DNA of 64,000 nucleotides. It comes from Podarcis vaucheri (taxonomy: Eukaryota). How positions within the stretch are numbered: position 1 is the stretch's first letter; each line of letters starts with the position of its first letter. Below, piece after piece: positions 1 to 14,200 of the stretch. The stretch lies in the NCBI GenBank assembly GCA_965113315.1, contig OZ220368.1. One strand, given 5' to 3'. Position numbers and translations under genes: made by a program. The notes below the pieces were generated by a model, which made no database searches, was not told where the DNA came from, and worked only from the letters and a program-made list of their open reading frames with translations.

Positions 1-937
1 AATAGAATTTAAATAATGACTTGACAAACAGAATACAGCAGAGTGCATGCAAGAATGTTATCACGTACCATTGGAATATATTTCCTATATGTATGTTCAT
101 GGGCATCTCTCTTTTAATTATGGCAGTAACCACACAGGCACAGTGGATCCTGGAAGACTTAATTTTTGCTGTATCAGAAACTTGTATTTGCCTGGGGCAG
201 ATAACTGTTGCTTCCAAAGGGCAATCTGCGTTAATATGCACAATTAATTTGCTTGTAGTGGAAATCGCTACATAAACTAGTCCTGGTCCACAAGTGGTAA
301 ACAACTGCACTTTTTTGTGAGGTGGCCATGAACTCTCCTGGCATAATACGTTGAGAAACTTGAGCTGGCTCCTAAAATCTGGGCCAAGTAGTTTGGCATC
401 TAGCCAAGGAACACTTCGTTTTGATCCTCTTTAGATCCTCAAGTATTCTGGACAGCTAGAAATTAACAGTTCTTTGATTTGTAGCTCAGTGGATGATACA
501 GTTGCTGGGTCACTGGTTTGTGTTAAAGTAATCCCACTTGGATATAAATTTTTGGTCTCATTGTATTTAAAGAGGGGTGCAAATATAGAATGAATGTTGT
601 ATATTTATTCTTTGTGCACATGAATTTCTTCAGCTCTTGCAGTTTAACAAGTGAGATTTATTTGATAGTACTTCTCTACAAGCCTGAAGTCTGGGCTGAC
701 TTGCAGAAATATTGCACTACAGTATGTGGTGTTTAGCAGTTAGAAATCTACTACATGAGAACTCTTTTTATAGTAGAAATACAGGGAGAGAGGAGAACCT
801 TGAATTACTTCATGCCACCACCTGCTGGCAAAAACTAACCATGTTAATTGAAATCTAGTCTCAGTTATCAGTTGTTTTGTCTGCACTACCTCTTTCCAGT
901 TGTCATTTCCTCCTCTTTTGGTGTATGCTGTGCTTTA

Positions 938-1580
938 GGGAAGGGTCATAGCTCAGTAGCAGAGCACACGTGTTGCATGCTAAAGGGCCCAGGTTCAATC
1001 CCTGGCTTGTCTAAGTAGGGCTGAGAATGTCCCTTGGCTGAGATGATGGATTTTTCGGAGCTAGCCGACCTGACTGGAAGAGTCCGTGACCAGAAGGAGG
1101 AGGATTACCAGGAAGAATTGACGAAATTTAAAGACTATTTAGTTAAATATGTTAAGTTAAATTAATTGGAAAGGCTTGCAAATACCAGATAGGCTTAGGA
1201 CTTAAATATGTAATGTGATAAATTACTATGTTGAAATTTAGATTGGGAAAGAAAGAAGGATGTTAAGTGACTAAGTTAATTTTATGAGAATATAGGTTTT
1301 GGAAAACCTTTAAAATGATATACACTGAAATTCAACCAAGGGGATACGAGGAAGTCGCTTAACAATGTTAATAAGATTAGTTTTAATAAGGTTAGGATTT
1401 ATGATTGTTTGTTTATTTGTTTGTGTGTTTAAACATTTTGTGGAAAACTAATTAAAAAAACTTGGAAAAAATAGAGAATGTCCCTTGGCTGAAACCCTGG
1501 AGAGTCACTGACAGTCAGTGTTAACAATACTGAGCTAGATGGACCAAAGGTCTGACTCAGCCTTGACAGTTTCCTGTGCA
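938..1580 (+). mobile_element. tRNA-derived SINE interrupted by an L1-like insertion
   Basis: A box tagctcagtagcagagc, B box ggttcaatcc; body resumes after 1473; related degenerate copies near 5800, 13320 and 31625. Confidence 0.7.
1042..1473 (+). mobile_element. 5'-truncated L1-like LINE 3' end
   Basis: 19-bp TSD gagaatgtcccttggctga (1023-1041 and 1474-1492); short ORF end MMDFSELADLTGRVRDQKEEDYQEE.TKFKDYL resembling an L1 ORF2 C-terminus; AT-rich 3'UTR and A-rich end. Confidence 0.75.
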
Positions 1581-2109
1581 TTAATGAAAAACGGGTCAAG
1601 AAGGTGGTTTCTAAACATATCCCAAATGGGGTCCCTAAGACTGTTGGGTGGCACCTTGTATGCCCTTCTACCAGCAACTGAGGCAGCCTAGCTTGTGCCA
1701 AACATATTGCTCTGCTTTCCTTTGGACCACATCAGTGAGGCCGGGGGAGGGGGTCTTGTCCGTCTGGGCAGCTCAGGACCTCCATACACACTGGAAAGTT
1801 ACTTCTGTACTGCTAACACAGCAGTTTGTCTTCACCCCTGGACGCACACTCCATTGTCTCTCGAGATAGATGGATGCCAACAAGGAGGATGTCCAGGAGT
1901 TATTGGGGATGCATTCACCTACCAATCTTAAAGTTAATAGATTATTTACTTTTATGATTGTTTGGTTTGAGTTAGTATATCATTAATACAGTTGGAGGAA
2001 CTTACATTTGCCCCACTAAATCCAAGAAGAAATTCCTCACCTGTCTGTACTTTGAAGTTTAACTGTGGTTCTTTTCTTCTCTTTTTAATTTTTTTAAATA
2101 TATTTTCAG

Positions 2110-2256
2110 TATATCAACTGTGGTAACCTAGAACAGCTGTTGGATGGTAATCAACACCTGCCTTGGACAGTAAGGGTGAAGCTGGCACTGGACATTGCTC
2201 TGGGACTCACTTACCTTCACTATAAAGGCATTTTCCATCGGGATCTGACATCCAAG
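2110..2256 (+). CDS. TESK2: TESK2 coding exon ([11 protein letters not shown]...HRDLTSK)
   Basis: ttttcag acceptor, gtac donor, 49 codons of kinase domain. Confidence 0.95.
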
Positions 2257-5200
2257 GTACCATGCGTCTCTATCAAATGAAACCATTTGGCAATAGATGT
2301 GTATTACTTAGTGAACTACAAACAATCTTGCGTAGTTTTACTTTTCTCCAGCCCCACTCAGTGCCTCAAACTGTAAAACTGTTACGTAAAATGTCACTTT
2401 AAAAGATTGTGAAAAAACACTGAAAACATAGTTTAGTGGATTAAACTTTCCCAGAACAACTCATGTTGTGTAGATGTCTGAGAAGAAACTAACCTGAAGT
2501 AGAGGTCACAAATAAATGAGTTAGGATTATGTTCCTGGGAAGGTGGTTGCACAACTTCTTTAATTTGTTCGCAGCAAGTTATTCAAACTTTTAGTTCCCA
2601 AAGCCTAGGGATCCAGCTGCTACACATTTTATAATATAAAACTACAAAAAGATGCAGACATACAGACTTGTCTCTGTGTCGCACCCTACTTTCTTAAAGG
2701 TTTATTGCTGTATATTTAAATGTTCCCCATAACTTCAGATACATTCAACATTGTTCTACAGGTGACCTAAACTGCTACAGAGCAACACTAAGCTGGTAGT
2801 AGTTTTACTCCAGCAACTGTTCAACTGATGCATAAAACAGGGCTACAAATAATTGCATAAACTTTGCTTTTCAAGATGCCGTGTCATTATGACTATTTAA
2901 CATTGCAGCTAGTAATACGAAAATCATTTCTTTCCTTATAAATGTCCCATTGTAATTGCAAACTGGTGAGGAAAGCAATCAGAAATTTATCACCTTGACA
3001 ATTATCTGTTGTTTTGGCACTAATTCATAAACAACACTATTATAAACAGCTAATGATTAAAAAATAGTGATAGTGGTTTTTTAAATGTGCCATAGGTAAA
3101 ATGCCGAGTTACGATGAAGGTTCTCATACCAAAACTGCAAATGACCAGCTGGGATACACTTTAATAGTCTGCCAACTCTGGGGAGATGGGACAAAATGGA
3201 ATAAAGAGTTACTGTCTCTGTTCTTGGGAAGCAAAGCATCCCAAATGCCACATCTTCTGTTTATATGAGTATTTCCAGACTTCAGTATACTGATTTTTGT
3301 AACTGAACTGTGGTCTTTTTTAAACTAATTCAAATGGAGGGCAAATATTAACAGGTGGTATACTTATGGCTGAAGAGTTGTGTGAGCCTTGAAAGTAATT
3401 AGGTTATGCCTGAAACACTAAGATGAGAAGCTTTAGTACAACAGCACTTAGGCTGCATTGATATCACTTAATAGTGTAAAATTGTTTGGTGTTACAATAT
3501 TGGTGAGCAAATCATAATTCCTGTTAGTGTTGCCTGTGGTTTCACTCTATCTTACTATTTAAGTGATTGAGATACAAACGATGAATTCTCCCGTTTGAAT
3601 CAGCCCTGAACTCACTAGGTAGCCTTAAAAAAGCTACATCCTCTCAATGTTGACCCCTCTCCCCACTTGTACTATGATGATATCTACCTTTATAGATAGT
3701 TAGAATTACAACACTATAATGTATTCATATGTGCAACCTTTTTGAACCCTTTAAATCAGGGGCAGGGAAGCTTTAGCAGCTGGTGGGCCATTTTGGCAGC
3801 TCCCCCATCCCCTGCAGACCAATTTGACAGCTGGGTGGAGCTGTCCACTCAAATTACCAAATTACCTGACTTCAACATGACATCAGATGACGCAGAGTAA
3901 TTATTTACCTGTGTTGCCATGGCTTGAGCCATGCCAGTAGATTAAAGTCATTTGAATCACCTGCTTGAATTCAAGCTGGGAATGCAAAGTAATTGGTTCT
4001 TTCAGCAGCACCAATCCTCACTTGCCAAGGAACAACTGGGAGCACACTCCAAATCATTTGTTGGCTGCTGTGTGTCTACCTGCTGCATACTTGACATCAC
4101 AGGTATGGGGTATAGAATTGTAGAGTTGGAAGGGACCCCACAGGCAATCTGTTCCAACCCTCTGAGAGGCAGGAATCTCACCTTGCAATCCCCCATCCAC
4201 TTTGAAACCAAAGCAGACCTGCTTAGCTTTGCAAATGTACTAGCAGTTCTATTTCCTGGCAGAAAGCCCCATTTAATTCAATAGGATTTTCTTCTGGGTA
4301 GGCGTGGTTAGGATTGCACTGCAAACCTCCTTTGCCAGTATTTATCTGACTTGTTCGTGTTTTCTAGGTAGGATCCTAAGAGGTTTTATATTTAAGCCCA
4401 GCAAAGCCCCTAATGGTTGAACATCTTTACCAGTATCACAAAGGACTTGTGTTGAACAGCTAAAATATTTGCATTTCTCACCATTTCTTCTTTGCTTTTA
4501 AACACAGCCTGAGAGGCATTCTGTGAAGCACAGAAGCTCTGGCTGAGGGTCCAGTTCTTTTCCTCATTTGAAAAATAGTAGCATTTTTGCTTGTATGCTT
4601 TCCAGCCAGATGCACATGCATGAAGCTTACAGGGAGAGACAGACAGCTCAGGGTTTTTTGAGGAAAACATCCTTGTGGACCATTTTGGGATCCTTATCAG
4701 ACTAACGACCAAAGGTTCTTCCCTGCACCCTGGTCTAAATGCAAAATATACTGAGAACACTGTGGAGAATGAGGAGTAGATTTCCATGTTGCCATTATGC
4801 TTCTTGAAAAGCTTTCAAGATTTTCAAGTTTGACAAGCCAGAGTAGTACAAAAGCTCCATAATCCTAAAATTAAAAATCCTAAAATAGAAATACCAATGT
4901 TACTTAAATGGTAACAATTCTACTCATCATATTTTTTTATGCTAGCCTTTTTCCTACCTTCCTTTGATTAATGGAATTGCTATTTAAGCTAGTGAACTTT
5001 ATATTTGGATTTAGATAATTTGCTTGTAAAACCTTCAAGTTGGCAGAAAGGAATAATGAAAAAGGATGAGAAGCAGGAGACAATGAGTTATTGTGAGGAT
5101 GCATTTCTTACCTGTTAATGTTTTTAGATAAATCTGTTTTTCTGAGACAAACTTTTGCAGTGCAAAATTGTCTGAACTCTCTCTTGTTTATATATATATA

Positions 5201-8200
5201 TAGAGAGAGAGAGTTTATATCACACTTTTCAGCATAAATTGAGTCTCTTAAATGACTTCATTTAGCAGACATGGATTTCTTTAGCAATACTGTAAAAGTT
5301 GTATGTAACCATTAAGACAGTAGCAGGATCATATTGTCCCATTTGGCTGTTTTAGCTAATGTGAAGGAAACTGTGGTAACATGCCTGAATATAAAGCAAT
5401 CCTTCTTTGCTTTCAGCAGCACAAAGAAAATTAATGGAAACTGCATTGGGCCTGAACAAGCTATTGCTAGTGGATATCTTTTCTTATGTGAGAAGAAAAT
5501 AAATGTTGAACTTCCTTAGCAGGATTACACTGTGCAAAGCAGATGTTAAGCTCTCTCAACACACAAAAGGAGCTTTATGTTCACTCACATCTGTTTATGT
5601 ATAAACATTTGTTAACTCTTTGGAGCTCAGTTTCAGCTTCTTTAAGTGAAGATTTCAGCCTAAGGAATAACTCAGGTTGTATAAACTTCCAGAATTGTAT
5701 CTCTGGGGAAGTCTCCACAGAGAGATTTGATCATGTATTATTGGACTTTTTTATACATGCAATGTAGCAATACATTCCACAGAATTTGAATCTGCATAAC
5801 GAGGAGCCGTAGCTCAGTGGTGGAGTGCAATATTTGCATACAGAATATTCCATGTTCAATCCTTGGCACCTCCAGCCTGTGAAAAGCCTCTGTGCAAGAC
5901 CAGTCAGGGTAGAGGGTACTGGGCTAGATAAATAGAGCAGTGCTAGTCCCAACCACCATGTTTCAGATGGTGATGGGTGATTGGACATACAAAAAGCGCC
6001 TCTCTCATTTACCTCAGTGGACAGGCAAGATTAAAGTAGGGCAGGTGGCAGTCCTTTAAATATCCTGGACTGAAACATATAGGGTTTTAAAGACAATGAC
6101 TTTGAATTTTGCCTGAAAACAGTATGGTAGCAAACCTGATTTTTTTTTTCCTCAAGGGGAATACAATTCCATCCAAAACCTATTGCTAGACTGTCACTCC
6201 TTACTACTAACTAAGAATTAAATTCATTATAAATACTTATTTTCAGGGATGTTATAGTTGACAGTGAGTATTCTGAGTGAATGTCACCATTGGTTCCCAG
6301 TCTGATTGCCTTCTCTTTATCAAAATAAATATAATTAAAAAGTTTCCCAGAGACCTTCTGTGAAGCTCAATCCAGGGACATATCTATAAGAATTACCCAC
6401 AGTTGCCTTGTAGAGCACAGCTTGGCTAATCAGTGATGTGGGTTTTCTGGAATAATTTTCTGATGTCCTTGTAGTGTTATCTGATTTAGCAGATTGCCCG
6501 TGTTAATTCAGGTCTCAATACATATTAGTATTTGAACTGAAATTTGTTTAGAGAAGAAACTAAATAAAGCACAATTAATATGGCTTAAAATTGGGTTGTT
6601 GTTGTTTTTTAAAAAATCTATATGGGACTTACCTATGTACACATAGATCATAGATCTGTAGAGTTGAAAGAGACCCAAAGGATACCTAGTCCTGCAAATG
6701 CAGGAATTGCAGCTAAAAAATAGCTGACAGGTAGATTTAAACACTTCCAATGAAAGAGAGTCCCTTTCCCTTCTAATGTAGTGCCTTTCCACTGTTGAAC
6801 AGCTCTTACTGTCAGAAAGTTCTTCCTAATGATTAGTTGGAATCTCCTTTCTTGTAATTTGAACCCACTGGTTCAGGTAAAACACGATGCTTTACAAATA
6901 GCATTCTAAAATAAACACAGGAAAAACAGAGGAAGTGGGAGGGAAATGGAGGCAGAGAAGAACATGGTGGTTTCAATTACACACACTTTGACTTAGTTAC
7001 AGTAAGGTATAGTTATTGGGGTGAAGGGGCGGCAAATTTAGAGAGAACAGGAAAAGGGAAGTTTTGAGCAAGATAATGAATAGGAATGAGGTTAGGAGAC
7101 AAACTGTGGGTGGGTGCCATAATGATTGAAAAGGGTATCTCAAGCAGAGTTTGACATGAAGTTATGTTCAAACAAATTCAAAGCAGTTATTCTTATTGGA
7201 ATACTTGTAAAAGTTTGGACAATAAGATATGCCTCCCATGCATTGGTTACATTTAAGGAACAAAATATTGAAGGCTAATGCAGGAAAGCAAATGAATAGC
7301 AACCACTCACTGATCAGCAACGTTTTTTGTTTTTTTGTTTTGTTTTGTTTTGAGAAATACAACTCTGTATTCAGGGCATATAGTTTGAAAGTTCATAAAC
7401 TGTAAGAGAAAGCTTGATTTCATTGTACTATACTAAAAGCTTCTTAAGTAGGTAGAAAAATTACTTGTCATTTGAAGAACCAAAAAAGAACCCTAGCATT
7501 ATCAAATGGCTGCTGCCCAACATATGGTTACTTCTACACCAACTGCTGAATTTTCATCATGGTTTTAACATTGCTGTATGATTAATGTTATCCCTCTAGG
7601 ATTTAGCTGCATTTTGCAGTGAACAAATAGTTTACCACAAGCAAGCTGAATGAATGCATTCTTTGACGAGAGATAACAAAGGCCATAATTGAGAAGCTTT
7701 AGTGTGTGTTGGGTTGGCCTGATTCAGTTGACCTTGTGCAATTTTTTAAAACTCAAAGTGAGCTGTGTGTGCTATAACTGATCCAGGTTAAAATAAAATA
7801 AATATTAATTGGGACCTAGGAATCAAGCAGGAATCTCTGTGTGTCCATGAGAGAAGTACAATGAAGATCTGAGACCTCTCCCTTCCTCCCCCTCCCCCTC
7901 CCCCTCCCCTTTCCTATCTGCTCTTTTTATGAGCAGGCAAGTACCTGAATTTATTTGCTGGTTTTGCAGGTTACAACTCAAGAGAAGTCCATAAAGTCAC
8001 TGCTGCCTGCTGTTAACATGGATGTGTGTGTTACGCACAGTGGGCGATGCAGTTGTGCAAGAAATTAAACTGGACAAAACTAAAACAGAACATAACTTTA
8101 CTATACTTTCATTTTATAATGAAAGGCTAACAGTGGCCAGTGCCAGAGGCATCAGTACATTAGAGAGAACAGTACACAGACCAGAATGCTTAATTTCCCC

Positions 8201-11200
8201 CATCTGCTCCTTGTCTTTGACAGTTAAGTATCATTGTAATGATGTGGTCATTGTTCTCCAAATCCATTAAAGACTACAGTTTACAGTCCTAGTTAACCTA
8301 CAAGATTTTGGCTAAGTGAGACTTGACAGTGGCTTGCAGACATTGGAAGCAAGTTATTTTTTAATTTTAAAATAGATTAAATGTATGTTGTGATCTATTT
8401 TAAAAAGCAAAATCCCAAAAATGTTCTGAATTGAAATATCAAATTAATGTTCTACCTGAGATCTTAAAATCAGTAAAAAAAGGGAGGGGGGAGAAAGGAA
8501 TTAACACTGTGCTTAAACTACAGCCTAAATGCAGTGTAAACCTAGAAATTATAATTCATAGTAGTAATAATCCATGAACTGAATCTAGCAATGATTTCGC
8601 TTAAAGATATCAAACAGCACAAGAGCCCAATGTATCATATTTGTTCCTTGTTCTGCTTGGAACTCATTCCTAGATGTGTTTGCTCAGAAATCTTGCTGGG
8701 TTCAGTATGATTTGTTCCCAAATGTGAATAGAATTTCCAGCCTTATGGTGCGGTTGAATACTTGTTGAGAATTCCAACTGTGTTCAAGGGGGATTGCTCC
8801 CTAATAAGCATGTTTAAGAGTGGAGCCTTAGGCTGCAATCCAATACATAATTACCTGGGAGTAAGCCTCCTGAATGTAATGCGGCTTACGTCTGACTCAG
8901 CAAGCATAGAATCGCACTCCTAGTTTCTCTAGCCTCCCAAATGTTCCTGTGCTATTGGGTAATTATTCAGGTAACTGTTGCATATTTAGAATTGGGGTGG
9001 ACATTCTTTTTCCCAGTCAAATTGTATAGTAAACCAGAACAGATTGCTAAAAAAAATGAGCAGTAGCTTTGGCTGATCTTCAGATCAGTCATATCTGGAG
9101 ATTGCAGAAGCCAGAGTTTTAGTAGGTATATTTGCCTAGGACTGTATAACTAGTCCTCAAATACATACACTTGGCTGCCTATTGGCCACCAGGCCAATTT
9201 CAGAGTTTTATTTCTGACACACAAACCCCTAAATGGCATAATAGGGGCCTGATTATCTGAAGAAACACCCCATATTGTTCTGGCCAGGCTTTGTGGTTGG
9301 AGGCTCCTCTGGCAGTGCCATTGCTGACTGAAGTCACAAGATGACGCACCAGAGGGTCTTGGCAATAGCACTCCATTTGTGGTACATTCGCTCCCCTCAG
9401 AACTTCACCTGGTGCATACTTGTCTATATTTATGCACCAGCTAATGACTTCTCTCTTCAGCCAGGCCTCTTAAATTTGTGGTGCATGTGCCTGCATTACA
9501 ATGAGAGGTGTTCCTTGTAATACCTGACAGATGGATTAGTTACTATGATTAATGGTTTGTTAGTTGATTGTATATTTAATTTTGTGAGCTGTCTCGAGAT
9601 CGCTTCTGATGAAGGGTGGGATACCATATAACACACACTCTTACTTGCATTGCTTCCTAGTTTTAAGTTTTTAATGGGATTCAAATGTGGACCACACTAA
9701 TCCCCCTCTTCTTTTCATTCAGAACTGTTTGATAAAGCATGATGAGAATGGATATTCTGCTATAGTTGGTGACTTTGGCTTAGCAGAGAAAATCCCCGAC
9801 TTCAGGTAAGTAGCATTTTCGGCATGAATCAAAATGAGGAATATTACTGCAAACATAAAATATGGGGGAAATCCTCAGCCGTGGGAATAAAATGGCAAAG
9901 AAATTTAAAGGTACAGTCTGAAAATTCAGTAAAGCTTTTAATCTGTCAAACAAGTAGTGACCATTCACAGCAGCAGATATTGGTTATAAGTTATTTAACA
10001 GAATCAACTTCTCATTGCTAATACCTGTAGTGGGAGAGAGAACCATTTTGTATATTCAAACAGAATTAAACTTGCCAAACAGGGCAAACAAAATCAAATA
10101 TAGTTATTAGTTCTAATTCTTCTATTTCATGCTAGATTTCCCTTTGAATTTCTTCTAATAGAGAGTGACAGCTTTCAGATCAGCAGCAACCTGCAAAACC
10201 AAAGCTGAAGAAGAACAGGACTGTATTCCACCTGTTTGCAATTATTGGCTTTTTTTAGCCCACCTATTTATATTTTCTCTCTTGTATGCCCCAGTGTGTA
10301 TATGTATCTGTCAAGTGAGGATAACAGTCCCAGCAGCAACTTATGAAATGGACTCCAGACCATGAAAGCTTATGCCATAATAAATTGGTTAGACTTTAAG
10401 GTGCTATAAGCCTCTTTGTTTTAGCTGCAATAGACTAAGACTGAAGTTGCTCTGGGAGTTTTTACCAGGAGTTTGCATAGTGGCTAAATGAGGTCATCTC
10501 CTAAAAAAGATAGATGTTGGTGCTCACCTTGACATGCACGTTTTGATCCTCAGTGTTTGCTCAGTGATGAATATAAGTACTTTGCACATGCTCAGGTATA
10601 TCTTCCTTTACACGATCCGCATTTGAGTTCTCACACTGAAATCAGTTCCTGAAAGTTCCGTACAGTTCTTTCAGATATCATCATGCCACTTAGAAACCTT
10701 TCTCCTTGCCTTCCTGTTTTTCATTTTCTTTTTTAAAAAAGATTTCAAAATGGTTTAACTGCTGTGTAAGGTACCATGAATACTAATGAGTGGGGTTCTG
10801 TAAAATGACTATTTTAGTGACTATTTTGACCCTGAACATGCTTCAAGCAGTTATGCAAATCAGTATTGTCATATTCTTCCCATTGGATAAGTGATCCATT
10901 AATGAACTGAACTAGAACAGTTTGGGTGAAACAAAATTAAACTAAAAAATGTACTGACTCAACACAGCTGCTCTATAAATATGGAAATGAATTATTTCAA
11001 TTTCCAGGAAGCGTCCCATCATGCTTCCTAAGTAGAATACTTTTCTGAATTGTCTAGGGAGAAACTTCTGAATAGTCTGATTTGTCATGGGATATTTTGT
11101 TCAAGATAATGATTATCTGCTATTGAATGGTGTTCTGAAGTGTCAACTGCTGCCTGTTAATGATATCTGAAGACTTGCTCTAAAGAGCCTAGAATATGAA

Positions 11201-14200
11201 GAGGCCTTTCAGAAGAAAGGACAGAAGCTCTTTTGGCTTGCACTGGTACTCTGGCCGCTTCACACTTCACCTCTGCTCTCTCCATCACCTTCTGTTGTCT
11301 AGACAAATAGAATCAATGTGAATGGCAAGAGAACAGCTTGTACTTGTTCCCATGCTGAAAGTGAAAGGAGTTGCAAAGAAATGCTTAATTTGCCAGCTTC
11401 TAACCACCTCTCTCTTCAAATGTTTAAAGTGAGAAACTACCAGTGGTGGGCTCTCCTTACTGGATGGCACCTGAAGTGCTGAGAGATGAGCCATATAATG
11501 AAAAGGTTGGTCTTCTTTAATTATACATTAGTTAATAGATACTGGGTTGCTGGTTGCCTGGCATAGTTGGGGGTGGGGGACTTGTGAGCATCTGTAGCTT
11601 TAAAGCTGTTCTAACATGATAGTAATTAATACGTTTAGCTGAATGGGTCCTACATAGAAAATTCAATTGGAATCTGCTCCTTCCTGAACATGATTTCAGA
11701 GTTCTGTGGATTACTATAGATCCCATTTGAATGGAACAACAGCACTTTTTATTTCATTAAGTGGAATAAATATCCAAGGTTTCTGTTTTTCTTAATTTTC
11801 AGAGTAGCAAAAAATTGGTTTCTCAACCTTTACAGTTTTATTATGGCAATAAATGCTTCTAGATAAGCAAGTAAAAAGCAGCACAGCATAAATCATATGA
11901 AACCCTGTGCCTGCAAGTACCTAGCTGAATTATCTCATATGATAGGTATGATATGCTATAGGGGAGGTTGTTTTCTCTAGTCATATACATGCTGTTTTGT
12001 TTTGAATATTGCACAGCAATGTGTTATGTACTTTCTCTTTCCTGTGAGTAGTATTTTCTATAGCTCTAAATACATTTGGTAATTGTTTGGATGAGCTCTC
12101 TCTCCCAATTAATACTGCAACATTTTCTGATTTTCCTTGTTTGGAGTGGGCAGTGGGATACATGTACATTAGATGTACATTATTTTTTAGCACACCACAT
12201 TTTTGTCCAGGCTCTCCCAGACTGAGCTTAAATATGTTCTTCTGGTTTGCAACAAAAGCCAGTTTTGCACAGTACTGATTAGCTGGCCTCAACCACAGTC
12301 ACATCTTCTCAGAGCAGTTTTAAGAGTCAATAAAGGTTAGCCATTTTTTAAAAAAGTGTAGTAAATATACACTTGATCATATAACAATACAAATTGGGCA
12401 GCCTACCTGAAGCATGGAAGGGAAAGGGAAACAGCCAATTGGACCTTGATCTGGGGCTTGCACACATGCATTGAGCAGCAGAGATGGGGAAGCGGAGATC
12501 ACCTCAAAGTTGAAAAGTCCACATTGAGCCCTGTTTACAGGTACATCTCTGGGTTCTAAGATACCTGTTCAATGAACGTGCTTTTATGCATTATCCCTTA
12601 GTAGAAGGAAGTGAGACTGCCACTCTGCAGGCCTAGGTTTTAATTGCTTGACCTAGAACTTTGGCAAATGTTGGAAAGTAAAAAACATGAACACCATAGA
12701 GGATACTTTTGTCATGTGAATGGGGACGGGAGACCCTACCAGATCAGGCAGCATAGGAGTGCTTGTAATAAAGTTGTGGTCATGTTTTCTTTCTCCCCCT
12801 CCACCCCTCCTCAGGCGGATGTATTCTCGTATGGCATCATTCTTTGTGAGATTATAGCAAGGATCCAGGCAGATCCAGACTATCTCCCTCGCACAGAGGT
12901 AAGCAGAGTGCATTAACAAGGACTGGAAAGGGAAGAATCCTCAAGAATTTCGCTGGGTCATTAATGTTTGCAGAGTTGCTGAACACATGATGAATGACTG
13001 CTGTATAAGTCTTCTAAGAAAGCATTCATCCTCTGCTACAGTAGCATGCAGAGACTGGCACTAACCCCTTCTCTCCACTCCTTCCCCATTTAAAGCACAT
13101 AATTATACTTTGCAGGTGAGTGCTATATCAGGAATTAGTCATGAGCTTCTATAATATCTGACTGGTATAACCCAAAGCAGGTTATTGATGGTACCTTATT
13201 CACTGAAAGAGGACTATCTGCATAGGAATCCTTCTCTTCTAAATTAGAAATACATTTTGGTATTGGCGAGTTGCCTCACTACCTCAGTGAGCAGGATAAG
13301 AGAGAAGTTGTCATGTCCTATCTTACTTATGCAGAAAGTTCCAGGTTCAACCCCAAGCATCTCCAGTTAAAAAGACTTGGTAGGCACTGATGTGATAGAC
13401 CTCTGCAGGTGACACTTGAGAATTGCTGCTAGCTGAAGTAGATGATGCTTGGCCAAATTGCAAGTAGCCTGACCTGGCTTAAGGCAGCTTCCTATGAAAT
13501 ATTCTCAAACTGAAAGTGTAGAAAATGTCTTCTCTTTGCAAGAGAAGGGGGGACTTTTGAGGCAGTCATCTTGCCTTGGAGAGAACTTATGAAATTACCA
13601 ACTCTTAAAGTAGTCCATGTCAAAGTTATTGCAAAACTAGATGGATTATGATGCAAGTTGAAAGTTTTCCTACTTCATCACAGATATGTTATGCAGTTTA
13701 TGCATTTTAAGCTGTAGATGGCTAAACATTGTACAGTTAGGAATGTCGGGTTATATGAGCTGATAAATTCAGCTCATGTGGCAGAATGTTTAGGAGACAG
13801 TAAGTGTACCTCAGTGTCCATACAAGATCAAGGCACAAACTGAGACAAGAAGAAATTACCCTTTCCCCTTGCCATTGCTCATATCTACATAGGAACCTAG
13901 TGTTAGAGCACTAATAGATGTGATTTGGTGTGTTGCTTGTATGGGGAATAACCTATATATGTAATTCATTGTATTGCTTAAGTAGAGAATTATTATCTGT
14001 AATTCCCTTTCATGCTTTGCCTTGTAACACTGTCTTCATTATTTCCTCATTTCCTCGTCTAGCACATGTTTCCTCCCCGTATCTCTCTTGTGCCTCAATT
14101 GTTAACTTTTACCTTCCTTTTCTTTTTCCACCTCTACTTGCAGAATTTTGGGTTGGATTATGATGCTTTCCAGCACATGGTGGGAGATTGTCCCCCTAAC

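Noticed and set aside
69-168. Minus-strand tacag...TG|gtacgt segment as the next lectin exon
   Set aside because: The donor phase would fit, but no frame gives WIGL/WxW motifs and the phase-0 frame has a stop.
3130-3177. Minus-strand cag...gtatga mini-exon ([16 protein letters not shown]) downstream of the lectin exon
   Set aside because: The splice signals are plausible, but there is no CTLD similarity; it cannot be supported without RNA data.
7168-7362. Minus-strand hydrophobic ORF as the lectin transmembrane exon
   Set aside because: No convincing splice sites, and it overlaps a (TTTTG)n tract.
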